Positions 13,671 to 26,765 of a stretch of DNA of 64,000 nucleotides are shown here, one piece after another (position 1 is the stretch's first letter; every line of letters begins with the position of its first letter). A model generated the notes under the pieces. The model did no database searches, was not told the origin of the DNA, and saw nothing but the letters and a program-made list of their open reading frames with translations. Source of the DNA: the human T2T-CHM13v2.0 reference genome, Homo sapiens; assembly GCF_009914755.1 (NCBI RefSeq), contig NC_060929.1. The stretch is one strand, 5' to 3'. The position numbers and the translations under genes were made by a program.

Positions 13671-16600
13671 GGGAAGTGGAACAAGATGGCCAAATAGAAC
13701 CTTCCAGCTCATACTTCATTCTCTTCACTAAGGAATGCCAAATTAAACAGCTATCCCTCCAAGAAAACGCCTTCATAAGAATAAATAAATCAGGTGAGAA
13801 ACCACATACCTGGTTTAAATATAATATCAAGGGAATTCGCATTAAAGATGATAGGAAAGACACTTACATTTTCTACACCACCCCTCCACCAACCCGAGGC
13901 AGAGCAGCATGGAAAGAGAATCAGTATGCTCAGGAAGGGAGAGTGAAGTGAGTGTGGGTCTTTGCACTGGAACTCAGTGTTTCCCTGTAACAGCAAAGCA
14001 CAACACACGACAGATTTCTACTGGTGTTCGTGGAAGGAACATTTAGACCAGATCTTGCCAGAAGAGGATTCTCCACTCCAGTGGGAGGAAATTGATTCCT
14101 GGCCAGCTTTACCACCAGCTGATTAAGGTGCCCACTGGTCCAGAACAAATTTGAGTGATAGGCCACAATAACTGGAGTTTTTGGACAAACACTCATGCTG
14201 CACTGATCTTGGAGCCAGTGGACTTGGGATGTGCATGACCCAGTGCGATACCAGTTGTGGCAAGAAAAGGGAGTACCCATGTCAACCCTCACCCAACTCC
14301 AGGCATTGCAACTCCAGGAGAGATTCCTTCAACTTGAAGGAAGGAAAGGGAAGAGTAGAGATAATTTTGTCTTGCCACTTGGGTACCATCTTAGCAGCAT
14401 AAAGCATCAGGCAGATTCCCGAAACACCAGGCAGATTCCTGGAGCCCTTGATTCTAGGTCTTTGCTCCTAGACAGCATTCCTAGACCCACACTGGGCCAG
14501 AAGGAAATCTGCTGTCTTGAAGAGATAGACCTGGTTCTTGCAGGATTTACTAGCTTCTGACTGAAATAACCTTGGGCCTTGAATAAACATCAGTGTTAGC
14601 CAGGCAGTAGTGGCCATGGGCCTTGGTCAAGCCCCAGTACTGTGCTGGTCTACAAGGCTTCAGGTATGATCCTATACAGTGTCAGCTATGGTAGCTATGG
14701 GTAAGCCCATGTCACCATTCCCCTAACTCCAGGCAGCCCAGTATGGATAGAGACTCCTGATTAGGGATAAAAGAAGAAAGGGAGAGACTTTTACTGGTAA
14801 CTCAGGAAGTTCTTATCTTACTCAAGTTCACCAAGCCTGTATTTCGAAGAGTCTGCAAGAAATGCAGCATTCCTGGGCTTAGGGTGACCCTAGTGCTGAA
14901 TTAGTTGCAGGGACCACAGGATTTGGTAACAACACTCAATCCCCTTTAAATTTGTGAAAAGCCTTTTCAAAAAATAGGTACAAACAAGTCTAGACTGCAA
15001 AAATATGAATCAACACCCAACTCTTCAATGTTCAGACATAGACAAATACCAAAGCACCATGAATATCGAAAAAAAAATGACCTCACCAAAGTGACAAATC
15101 TTAGAGTGACAGAGACATCTGATCTTTCAGACAGGAAATTCAAAATAGCTGTCTTGAAGAAGCTTAACAAAGTTCAAGATAACACAGAGAAATAATTCAG
15201 ATTTCTATCAGAGAAAGTTCACAAGGAGATTGAAATAATAGAAAAAAGAAAAAATTCTGGAGCTTAAAAAATAATTTGACAAACTGAAAAATGCTTCAGA
15301 GTCTCTCAACTGCAGAATTGATCAAGCAAAAGGAATAATTAGTGAATTCGAAGACAGGCTATACAAAATACGTGGTCAGAGTAGAAGAAAGAAAAAAGGA
15401 TTAAAAAATGAAGCACACACACAAGATATAGAAAACAGTATCTAAAGGAAAAATCTAGGAGTTATTGGCATTAAAGGGATGTACAGAGAGAGATTAGAGT
15501 AGAAAGTTTATTCAGAGAAATAATTACAGAGAACTTTGCAAACTTAGAGAAAGATAACAACATCCAGGTACAATAAAGTAAAAGAAAAGAAAGCAGATTC
15601 AACACAAATAAGACTGCATGAAGGCATACAATAATCACTCAAAGGTCAATGATAAAGAAATGACCCTAAAAGCAGCAGGAGCAAAGAAACAAACAAAAAA
15701 CATATAAAGGAGTTATGATGTCTGGCAGTAGACTTTTCAGCAGAAACTCTACAGGTTTGAAGAAAATAGGATGACGTATTTGAAACGCTGTAGGGAAATA
15801 ATTTCCAATGCAGAATATTACATCAAGCAAAATTATACTTCAAACATAAAGGAGAAATAAAAACGCCCCTAGAAAAATAAAAATAAAAGCTGAGAAAAGA
15901 CCTATCTTACAAAAAAATAATAAAGGGAGTTCTTCAATCTGAATGAAAAGGATGTTAATGAGCAACAGGAAATCACCTGAAAGCATAAAACTCAGTAGTA
16001 ACAGTAAGAACACAGACAAATATAAAGTACTCTAACACTGTAATTGCAGTATTTAAGACTTTCATATTGTTAGTGGGAAGTTAAAAAGCAAACCTATCAA
16101 AATAATAACTAAAACATATTTTTAAAAGAAAGACAGCATAAAAAGATGTAAATACAGACAACACAATGTCAAAAGGCAGGGTTGAAGGGGATGGGGTTAA
16201 AGAGTAGAGGTTTTTATCTTTGCTTGTTTTTTTTTTTTCTTTTCTTTGTAATCAGAGTTAAGTTGCCATTAGTTTGAAATAATAGGTTTTATTATTTGTA
16301 ACCCTTATGGCAAACACAAAACAAAAAACAAGAAATTAAACGTATCAACAGAGAAAATTACTCTTACTCAAAGAACATAAGAAACAAGGAGAAAAGAAAG
16401 AACCAATAAAATAACCAGAAAAAAATACTAAAATGGTAGAAGTAAGTCCTTACCTATCAATGACATTGAATGAAAATGGTCTAAATTATCCACTCAAAAG
16501 AGATAGAATGGCTGAATGGATTAAAAAACAGAATTCAACAACATGATACCTACAAGAAACTCACTTCACCAATAAAAACACATGGACTGAAAATAAAGTG

Positions 16601-18767
16601 ATGGAAAAAGTTATTCTATGCAAACAAAAACCAGAAATTCACAGGAGTAACTCTACTTAGATAAAATAGATGTCAAATCAAAAATTGTAAAACGAGCAAG
16701 AAGGTCATTATTAAAAGGGTCAATTCAGCCAGATGATATAATGATTGAAAATATATGCACTCAATGCTGGAGCATGCAGATAAATAAAGCAAATATCGTT
16801 AGAGCTAAAGAGACATAGACCCTCATACAGTAATAGCTGGGGACTTTAACATCATATTTTCAGCATTGCACAGATCATCTAGACAGAAAGTCAACAAAGA
16901 AACATGAAACTCTGTAGTATAGATTACATGGATTTAATGAATAGTGGTAACATTGTATGCAACATATTCTTTTACTGCAGAATATATTACATTCTTCTCC
17001 TAAGCACATAGAAATTTATCAGCACTTCCAAGGATAGACTATGTGTTAGGCCTACAAAATAAGTCTCAAAAATAAAAATAAAAATATTATATCAAGTATC
17101 TTTTCTGACCAAGATGGAATAAAACTAAAATTAAACAACAAGAGGAACTTTGGAAGCTATACAAACTCATATAAATTAAACAATATGTTCCTGAATGACC
17201 ACTGGGGTCAATGACAAAATTAAAAGAAAATTTTAATAATATCTGAAGCAAATAGAAAACAACACACCAAAACCTAGGGGACACTGCAAAGGCAGTACTA
17301 AAAGGGAAGTTTACATTAATAAAGGCCTACATCAAAAAAGTAGAAAAACTTTAAATAAAATACCTACTAATGCATCTTAAAGAACTAGCAAAGCAAGAAC
17401 AAACAAAACTCAAAATTATTAGAAGAAACTAAATAATAAAGACCAGACAAGAAATAAATGAAATTCAGACTAAAAAGTAATACAAAAGATCAACAAAATG
17501 AAAAGTTGTTTTAAAAAAGAGCAACAAAATTGATAAACCATTAACCAAACAGAAATGAACAAGACTCAAATAAAATCATAGATCAAAAAGGAGACATTAC
17601 AAATGGTACTACAGAAATTCAAAGGATTATTAGTAGTTTCTCTAGGCAATTATATGCCAATAAGTTGAAAAACCTAGAAGAAATGACTTTGGAGTCTCTC
17701 AACTGCAGAATTGATCAAGCAAAAGGAATAATTGCTGAATTCGAAGACAGGCTATACAAAATACATGGTCAGAGTAGAAGAAAGAAAAAAGGATTAAAAA
17801 AATGAAACACACATACAAGATATAGAAAATAGTATCTAAAGGAAACTAAAGGTTTTCTTTAGTTTCTTTAGGAAAATAAAGATTTTCTAAAGGTTTTCAT
17901 CATTTTATGTGACTAGAAATGACTAGATACATAAACCTTCTAAAATTCAACCATGAAGATATCTAAAACCTGAATAGCCCAATAACAAATAATGAGATAG
18001 AAGCAGTAATAAAAAATCTCATCAAAAAAAGCATCTTATCTCACCACATTCCTTCACTGACGACTTCTATCAAATATTTAAAGAAGAACTGACACCAATT
18101 CTACTCTTCAAATTATTCCAAATAGTCGAGGAGAAGAGAGTACTTCTATATTAATTCTATAAAACAAGTATTACCTTGATAGCAAAACCAGACAAGGACA
18201 CAACCAAGAAAGAAAACTACAGGCAAATATCTCTGATAAACATAGATGCAAAAATCCTCAACAAAATCCTAGCAAATTGAATTCAACAATAAATTAAAAC
18301 ATCATTTATCATGATCAAGTGGGATTTAGTCCAGGGTTGCAAGGATGGCTCAATGTATGCAAATCAATAACATTAAAGGATCATTCATCAAAATTAAGTA
18401 GGCTTTATTTCAGGGATGCAAAAATGGCTCAATATACATAAAACAATAAATGTGATACATTATACTATCAGAATGAAGGATAAAAGCCATATGATCATCT
18501 CAATAGGTGCCAAAAAAGCATTTGATTAAATTCAACATCCCTTTATGATAAAAACCTCTCAAAAATTGGTTTTGGAAGGTGAAAACCTCAACACCATAAA
18601 AGCCACGTAAGATAAACCCACAGACAGTATCATACGGAATGGAGAAAAAATGAAAGCCTTTCTCTGAGATCTGGAATAAGATAAAGATGCCCATTTTTAC
18701 TGCTTATATTCAACATGTTACTAGAAGACCTAGCAATTAAACAATTGAAGGAAATAAAGGGCATCCA
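13671..18767 (+). mobile_element. Old L1 (L1MA/L1PB age): 5' UTR, decayed ORF1, ORF2 up to the RT; 3' end lost
   Basis: Starts ggaacaagatggccaaatagaa; ORF1-like ~15050-15960; ORF2 start aaaatggtagaagtaagtccttacc ~16433; gatgcaaaaatcctcaacaaaat and gatcaagtgggattt RT motifs. Confidence 0.92.
17692..17845 (+). repeat. Dispersed direct copy of 15299-15451
   Basis: gagtctctcaactgcagaattgatcaagc...tatctaaaggaaa at both places; about 7 differences in 154 bp by eye. Confidence 0.95.
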
Positions 18768-18881
18768 TTCATGAGAAACCACCCCCATGATCCAATTACC
18801 TATCACCAGGCCCCACCTCCAACACTGGGGATTATAGTTCTACATGAAATTTCAGCAGGGACACAGATCCAAACCATACCA
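18765..18881 (-). mobile_element. MST-type MaLR LTR 5' fragment
   Basis: ccattcatgagaaaccacccccatgatccaattacc...gggacacagatccaaaccatacca. Confidence 0.85.
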
Positions 18882-20460
18882 AAACCAAAAATCAATGATT
18901 TCAAAACAAAACAAAACAAAAATCAAAATTAATTTTAAAAATCAATGGTTTTTTGAAAGATCAATAGAATCGAAAATCACCTAGTAAGACTGATAAAGAA
19001 TAAAAAGGGAAAATATAAATTACCAATATCAGAAATGAAACAGGACATTTCTACAAACAATGCAAACATTGAATGGAGAATAAGGAAATGATACAGAAAA
19101 TCCTACATACATAAAGTTGACAATATATATAAAATGAACCAATTCTTTTAAAAAATACAAACTACCACAGTTTATCAAATATCAAATAGATAATTATATC
19201 CCTGGAACTATTAAGAAAATTGAATTCACAATTTAAAGTTCTCATAAAGTAAATCTCCATGTTCAAATTATTTGAGTTGAGAATTCTACGAACTCTTTAA
19301 AGAAGTAAGCAATTCAACACAGGCTATTTCAGAAAAAGAAAAAGAGGAAACATTTCTAAATTTATTTTATGACCCTAGTCTTACCATGATTCCAAAACCA
19401 TACAAGGACAATACAAACATAAGGCAATGCCAGGCCAATATCTCTCATGAATATAAACATAAAAATCCTCGACACAATGGTGGAGCAAAAATAATTCAGC
19501 AGTATAGGAAAGAATTTTGTACTACGATTGAGTGAAGTTTTTTCCCAGAGATGCAAGCCTAGTATGACGTTTGAAACTTAATCAAAGTAATCCACCATAT
19601 TATCAAGCTCAAGAAGAAAAAAAACCACAAGATCACATTAATCGATATAGGAAAAGCATCTCACAATATCCAACATTCCATTATAATAACAACTTTCAGA
19701 AAAATAGAAATAGAGGGAACTGTCCCCATTTACATCAAGTATATTTACAAAAATCCTAAAGCTAACATCCTCTTCTTATTTGACAAAGGTTGTCCAGAAT
19801 ATACAAAAAATAAACTCTCAGAACTAAACAGTAAGGAAATAAAAATCCTATTAGAAAACGTGCAAAAGACATAGACCTACATTTCACTGAAGAGGATATA
19901 GTTTCATAAGCAAATGAAAATATTTTTACTTTCATTATCCATTGGAGCAATCAGATTTAAGCCTCAATGAGATATTGCTACACGCTTATCAGAATCGCTA
20001 ATTGTTTTTTATGTGATAACACCAAATGTGGACAAGGATTTGGAGGAACTGGATTATTTACAAAATGTTGGTGGGAATTTGAATGTAAAATGCTACAATC
20101 ATTCTGAAAAACAGTTTGACATTTTCTAAGACAAACTAAACATTCAACTACCATATAACTCACCAATTGCTGTCTTGAGCATTTATCCAGAAGAAACAAA
20201 GACACGTGTTTCACACAAAAACCTATAGAGGAATGCACATAGCAACCTTGTTTATGGTAGCTAAGAACAGGAAACAATACAGATGTATTTCAATGCATGA
20301 ATTGTTAAACTTTTGTGCATTTATACCACTAAATACTACTACAACAACCTACCTGAATCTCCAGAAAATTGTTCTTAGTGAAAAAACTAATTCCCAAAAG
20401 TTGCATACTGTATGATTCCATTAATGTAACATTATTCATATGACAAACTTACAGAAAAGG

Positions 20461-23092
20461 CAAAGGGAGCCAGCCCCTCCACACCTGTGGGTATTTCTTG
20501 TCAGGTGGGACAAGAGACTGAGAAAAGAAATAAGACACAGAGACAAAGTATAGAGAAAGAACAGTGGGCCCAGGGGACTAGTGCTCAGCATAGGGAGGAC
20601 CCACACTGGCACCGGTCTCTGATTTCCCTCAGTATTTATTGATTACTATTTTTACTATCTCAGCAAGGGGAATGCGGCAGGAGAGCAGGGTGATAGTGGG
20701 GAGAAGGTAAGCAAGAAAACATGTGAGCAAAGGAATCTGTGTCACAAATAAGTTCAAGGGAAGGTACTATGCCTAGATGTGCACATAGGCCAGATTTTTG
20801 CTTTTCTTCACCCAAACATCTCAGTGGAGTAAAGAGTAACAAAGCAGTATTGCTGCCAACATGTCTCGCCTCCCGCCACATGGTGGTTTTTGAGGATACA
20901 AACAAATGGAAGAACATTCCATACTCATGGGTAGGAAGAATCAATATCGTGGAAATGGTCATGCTGCCCGAGGTAATTTATAGATTCAATGCCATCCCCA
21001 TCAAGCTACCAATGACTTTCTTCACAGAATTGGAAAAACTAAAGTTCATATGGAACCAAAAAAGAGCCCGCATTGCCAAGTCAATCCTAAGCCAAAAGAA
21101 CAAAGCCGGAGGCATCACACTACCTGACTTCAAACTATACTACAAGGCTACAGTAACCAAAACAGCATGGTACTGGTACCAAAACAGAGATATAGACCAA
21201 TGGAACAGGACAGAGCCCTCAGAAATGATGCCGCATATCTACAACCATCTGATCTTTGACAAACTTGACAAAAACAAGAAACGGGGAAAGGATTCCCTAT
21301 TTAATAAATGGTGCTGGGAAAACTGGCTAGCCATAAGTAGAAAGCTGAAACTGGATCACTTCTTTACACCTTATACAAAAATTAATTCAAGATGGATTAA
21401 AGACTTAAATATTAGATCTAAAACCATAAAAACCCTAGAAGAAAACCTAGGCAACACCATTCAGGACACAGGCATGGGCAAGGACTTCATGTCTAAAACC
21501 AAAAGCAATGGCAACAAAAGCCAGAATTGACAAATGGGATCTAATTAAACTAAAGAGCTACTGCACAGCAAAAGAAACTGCCATCAGAGTGAACAGGCAG
21601 CCTACAGAGTGGAGAAAATTTTTGCAATCTACTCATCTGACAAAGGGCTAATATCCAGAATCTACAATGAACTCCAACAAATTTACAAGAAAAAAACAAA
21701 CAACCCCATCAAAAAGTGGGCAAAGGATATGAACAGACACTTCTCAAAAGAAGATATTTATGCAGCCAACACACACATGAAAAAATGCTCATCAACACTG
21801 GCCATCAGAGAAATGCAAATCAAAACCACAGTGAGATACCATCTCACACCAGTTAGAATGGTGATCATTCAAAAGTCAGGAAACAACAGGTGCTGGAGAG
21901 GATGTGGAGAAATAGGAACACTTTTACACTGTTGGTGGGACTGTAAACTAGTTCAACCATTGTGGAAGTCAGTGTGGCGATTCCTCAGGGATCTAGAACT
22001 AGAAATACCATTTGACCCAGCCATCCCATTACTGGGTATATACCCAGAGGACTATAAATCATGCTGCTATAAAGACACATGCACATGTATGTTTATTGTG
22101 GCACTATTCACAATAGCAAAGACTTGGAACCAACCCAAATGTCCAACAATGATAGACTGGATTAAGAAAATGTGGCACATATACACCATGGAATACTATG
22201 CAGCCATAAAAAATGATGAGTTCATGTCCTTTGTAGGGACATGGATGAAGCTGGAAACCATCATTCTCAGCAAACTATCGCAGGGACAAAGAACCAAACA
22301 CCGCATGTTCTCACTCATAGGTGGGAATTGAACAATGAGAACACATGGACACAGGAAGGGGAACATCACACGCCGGGGCCTGTTGTGGGGTGAGGGGAGG
22401 GGGGGGATAGCATTTGGAGATATACCTAATGTTAAATGACGAGTTACTGGGTGCAGCACACAAACATGGCACATGTATACATATGTAACTAACCTGCACA
22501 TTGTGCACATGTACTCTAAAACTTAAAGTATTAAAAAAAAAAAAAGAACAAATGTACAATCAGGTTTTATACCGAGACATTCCGTACCCAGGGGCAGGCA
22601 GGAGACAGAGGCCTTCCTCTTATCTCAGCTGCAAGAGGCCTTCCTCTGTTACTAATCCTCCTCAGCCGAGACTCTCCAGGGGTGTCGGGCTGGGGGAATG
22701 GTCAGGTCTTTCCCATCCCATGAGGCCATATTTCAGACTACCACGTGGGGAGAAACCTTAGACAATACCTGGCTTTCCAGGGCAAAGGTCCCTGCAGCTT
22801 TCCACAGTGCATTGTGCCCCAAGGTACTTGAGAATGGAGAATGATGACGACTTTTATCAAGCATATGCCTGTAAACATTTTGTTAGCAAAGCACATCTTG
22901 CACAGCCCTAGATCCCTTAAACCTTGATTCCACGCAACACATGTTTCTGTGAGCTCAAGGTTGGGGCTAAAGTTACAGATTAACAGCATCTCAGGGCAAA
23001 GCAATTGTTTAGCATACAGGTCAAAATGAAGTTCCTTAAGTCCTCCTTTTCTATATAGACACAGTAACAGTCTGATCTCTCTTTTCCCTACA
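20461..23092 (-). mobile_element. Solo HERV-K(HML-2) LTR5 (LTR5A-like) split by an L1PA; LTR parts 20461-20891 and 22546-23092
   Basis: Minus strand starts tgtagggaaaagagagatcagactgttactgtgtct and ends gaaatacccacaggtgtggaggggctgg; aaagg on both flanks. Confidence 0.93.
20892..22545 (+). mobile_element. 5'-truncated L1PA (about L1PA4) with ORF2 C-terminus, 3' UTR and poly-A
   Basis: ORFs give [13 protein letters not shown]... and ...[18 protein letters not shown]...MFSLIGGN*; 3' UTR ctaatgttaaatgacgagtt; no TSD visible. Confidence 0.96.
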
Positions 23093-23744
23093 AAAGGGGA
23101 ACAGATAATGGTTACCAAGGACTAAGGAGGGGGTAAGGGTAAAGGGAAGTAGGTGTGGCAATAATAGATCAATATGAGGAATCCTTTTGGTGACATAAAT
23201 GTTTTGTGTTTTAATTGTATCAATGTGAGTAATCTGGTTGTGATATTGTACTATAGTTTTGAATAACTTAGCATTTGTGGCAAATGGTTAAATATTCATA
23301 GGTTCTGTCTGTGTAATATCTTACAACTTCATGTGACCATATTTATCTCAAAATTTGAAATTTAATTAAAAAATATATTGAATAATATTTAAAAATAAAT
23401 GATTGTTTTGGAATTTCAAACATATTTTAATGAGTTGCTTCTGCCATTGAGACCAGGAACTTGTTCCCAATCTCAATTTTAGAAAAATATGATGTTGTCA
23501 GAGGTGAATACAATCCTTTCTCTTTTATTTCTTTCTATCTGTTGTTTTGTTTGCTTTTGTGCTTGTACCAGAACATGGAAATCAGTGGTGATGTTGAGTA
23601 TTAATAGAATCATAGCTAGGCTTGTCTAAACTACATAAAGTATAGATTGAACATTAATCAATAAAAAGCTCATTTAAAAAATATATTATGTTGCAATAGT
23701 TATAATGAATTTGTTAAATTTCAAAACTACAGCGTCAGCTTTGG

Positions 23745-24335
23745 AATATGTCAGCTTGGCTAGGCTGAACTACATTTCACAGGATCTATTTCTTATGTGG
23801 TTCCATTTCAGGGGTGGACACGAGAGATTCTAGATTTGGTGGGCAGAAGAGAGCAGTAGTCATTTTACAGTGCATATGTGCACATGGATGCACACACACA
23901 CATCTCATGTTTGCTGTTTCACTTTGTTGACATAAAGCATCAGCTGGGCTTGGAATTACTTTACCTTGGGCTGGATCTTCCTTCAGCATTTCTTACTACT
24001 GGGCAAGACTTTAACGTGACTTTAGTTCCTTGGTGAGGATCTCTGGCAGAGGATACTGGTTTCTGCAGCTTAACCTGTCACCAAATGCAGCAATAGTGGA
24101 TGTGCATTTCATTCCATCCTTTTAAGTCCCAGCAAGTGCTTGTAAGTTCCAGCCTACTAATTGATCTTCGTTTCCTGATTGCCTCCCCTGCGGATTTCAA
24201 TCTTCAGCATTAGATGCCAAGACAATAGCCTTACAAAGACTACTTAACCAGCCCCCACGATAGTGCAAACCAATTCCTTGTACTGAATCTCTACTATATC
24301 TCCTACTATTCTCTGGTTGAACACTGACTGATATA
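23745..24335 (+). mobile_element. Old ERVL LTR (LTR41-like)
   Basis: tgtcagcttggctaggctgaactacatttc at the start, ctctggttgaacactgactgatata at the end. Confidence 0.7.
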
Positions 24336-24346
24336 ATGGTGGTGTG

Positions 24347-24867
24347 TATTATCAGAGATAAACAGAGCCAGACATGAGCTAAAGTGGTAAGGAAAGATTT
24401 TAATCAGGATAATTGGGAACAGAGTCCAGTGTGAACTGAACCGAACTTTGATTTATGCAGAGGTGCCTGGGTGTTTAAAAGGGAAAATGATGGGTGAGCA
24501 GGGGCTCAGTAGACGCGAGGAAGTGACAAATTACAAAAAACGGGAAACGAAAATTTGTCCATGTGAAACCATCTGGGTTTGCTAACTGGTGCTTATGAAA
24601 GTCAGGCTCCTATCTTCTCACGTAGACTAGACAGGAGCTTTCTTCAGGTGTTGGCTAAAACAAACAGTAAATTCATTTGGCAGTCTTGACTTTTTTTTTT
24701 CAAGCAAGCACTTTAAGAAGCTTAAGGTCATGCTAGGAATGTTGCTTTGTGCTATTAGAAACTGTTAGTGTTTTGTCCAAGTCTTTATAGAACAAGATTG
24801 AAGCCTAGTTGGGAAAAAAGCTTAGAGAAGTCTGGCTAGTGTTTGGTCAAGGAGAGAACCTTTGTCA
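24347..24867 (-). mobile_element. ERV1 LTR (MER67/MER31-like)
   Basis: Minus strand starts tgacaaaggttctctccttgaccaaac. Confidence 0.7.
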
Positions 24868-25984
24868 GTGTAAAAGAATTTAAAATAGTTATTACTTTTT
24901 CTTATTTACTTTAGAAATATGAGAAATATGCAAGCTTATACTTGATACGTCAACATGCACTGAGATATATGGCATTACTTTACTAATATATAATGCTTCA
25001 TTGTGATATAATTTAAATATATTGAGAAACTATAAAATAAACACTTAAGGAGCTGGAAATATCTTTAGTACAAATTTAAGTTGGAAATAATTCTGTAGTT
25101 TTATTATTCATATATTCAATGTCTTCATTTTAAGATATTAGCTATCTTTAATGAAAAGAATAATTTAGAATGTGCAGACTATAACAAGATGTTCATTGTG
25201 TTTTGAATATACAAGCCATTACAATATTAAAAAGATGCCAACTCTACATTTATAAAATGCATTGACAGCCAAACTCAATAATATTAATTTTGGAAACCTT
25301 CCAGTAGGACTTCAAAGGAAGACTTTTTTTTGTTTCATAGGAATGCTAAAATTCCAAAATTAACATTAATCATCCCTAGCTTCCTTTATCTGTGCCCTGG
25401 GCCATCATCTAAAAGTTTGAATAATAAATTACCTGAATATTACAAACAATGCATAATTTGAATATGTAAAAAGTAAACTAGACTTTTGCAAGGTCCTGCA
25501 TATTTGGTGCATCAATAATTCTGATTGCTAACATCAAAACTGTATAACTTTTATCTTCACACAGTGTGTGCGTGTGTGAGGTTTTGTTATTTTGTAATCT
25601 TCATGTGAAATTTGGACAATTCTAAATGAGCAATTATAAATTATATGTAGCTAAATATTAAATTTCACTTACAGTTATAGACTTCTACTATAGGCTCTGC
25701 TTCCTTGTGTGATCGAAAAAAGGTTCACATTTCTATCACATTTTTAGTAATATCCAATTGAACAAAAGAATGAACAATGTTTTGCTTCAAGCTTCCTAGA
25801 AGTACATACACATTAATTTATCCAAATTATGCCAAACTGCTCAAAATACAGGCCAGAATACATAGGAACATTTAAAGTGCTCTTGTAATGGTATGTTTTT
25901 CTTTTTTCTTCTTTACCTCTAGAATATCATAATTACCTATTTCTCCACTCCCTACAAATACATTTTTATATCACATCTGTTTTA

Positions 25985-26135
25985 AAGGTGGTGCACTCCC
26001 TTATAAGATAGCAGCACCTTTGATGGCAGGGACGTAAACTTGTCTCTTTGAATCTTTAGTAACCAGCAAGATGGTTGACACTGTGGATTTAGAAGTAGTT
26101 GTTCATGGAAAGAATAATGTAAATGAACAAATAGA
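25985..26135 (+). mobile_element. L2 3'-end fragment
   Basis: gatggcagggac...tgtctctttgaatc...gttgttcatggaaagaataatg. Confidence 0.5.
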
Positions 26136-26659
26136 TGAGGTATTTTCCTCTGATTAACTAGAAATTATCCCACAACTCTTTGCAGTCTCTGCTATGGTAA
26201 TTTTTGTGTGAACAACCTTAACAGTTTTAGGAGATCACATTCACCTACTGCTGAAGCTACAGACGTCATTTAAATGGATGTGCATTTATGTAACAAGAGT
26301 TTCAGAATTCTTTTCAAGATCAATCTCCTAAATTATCTTATTAACATTTTGTTCTGGTTGACTACATTATTAGGACTGATAAAGCCTGCCTTCAGTAAGC
26401 TTATATTCTAGTAGAATAAATTAGAAAAATGTGGTAAAATTACACAAAGCTAGTAGTAAATTGGACTAAAACAGTACAAAAATACTAGAAATAATATAAC
26501 TAGAACAGTAGCATAAATAATTTTTAGACAGAAAAGTCATATTGAACAAAAGGGAAAAAACTTTATATATTAAAAAAACTTGACAGACTGAACTTTGGTA
26601 AATTTTGTTGTTCATATGTAAGATTTCAAACAAAAGTTGAGGAAAAGTATTTAAATTGT

Positions 26660-26765
26660 ATATGAGGCACCTGGTAATTGTTCAGTTGTAGATTCTGATC
26701 CAGTAGATCTGAGGTCGGCATTCTGCACTTCCAAAAATCATCCAGGTAATTACAACGCTACTATT
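26660..26765. mobile_element. MER5-like hAT DNA transposon fragment
   Basis: gattctgatccagtagatctgagg...ttctgcacttccaaaaa...ccaggtaatt. Confidence 0.5.

Larger units (their letters stand above)
18882..23375 (+). mobile_element. Old L1 (L1MD-like) ORF2 and 3' UTR, internally deleted at ~19770 and interrupted by LTR5 (20461-23092)
   Basis: ORF2 motifs ggccaatatctctcatgaatata; 3' UTR reads through the insertion: acagaaaagg|ggaacagataatggttacc...gttgtgatattgtactatagttttg. Confidence 0.8.

Noticed and set aside
20739-21530. 263-aa chimeric ORF (antisense LTR5 fused in frame to L1 ORF2)
   Set aside because: Chance in-frame junction; lacks EN and the RT core, ends by frameshift, and has no promoter evidence
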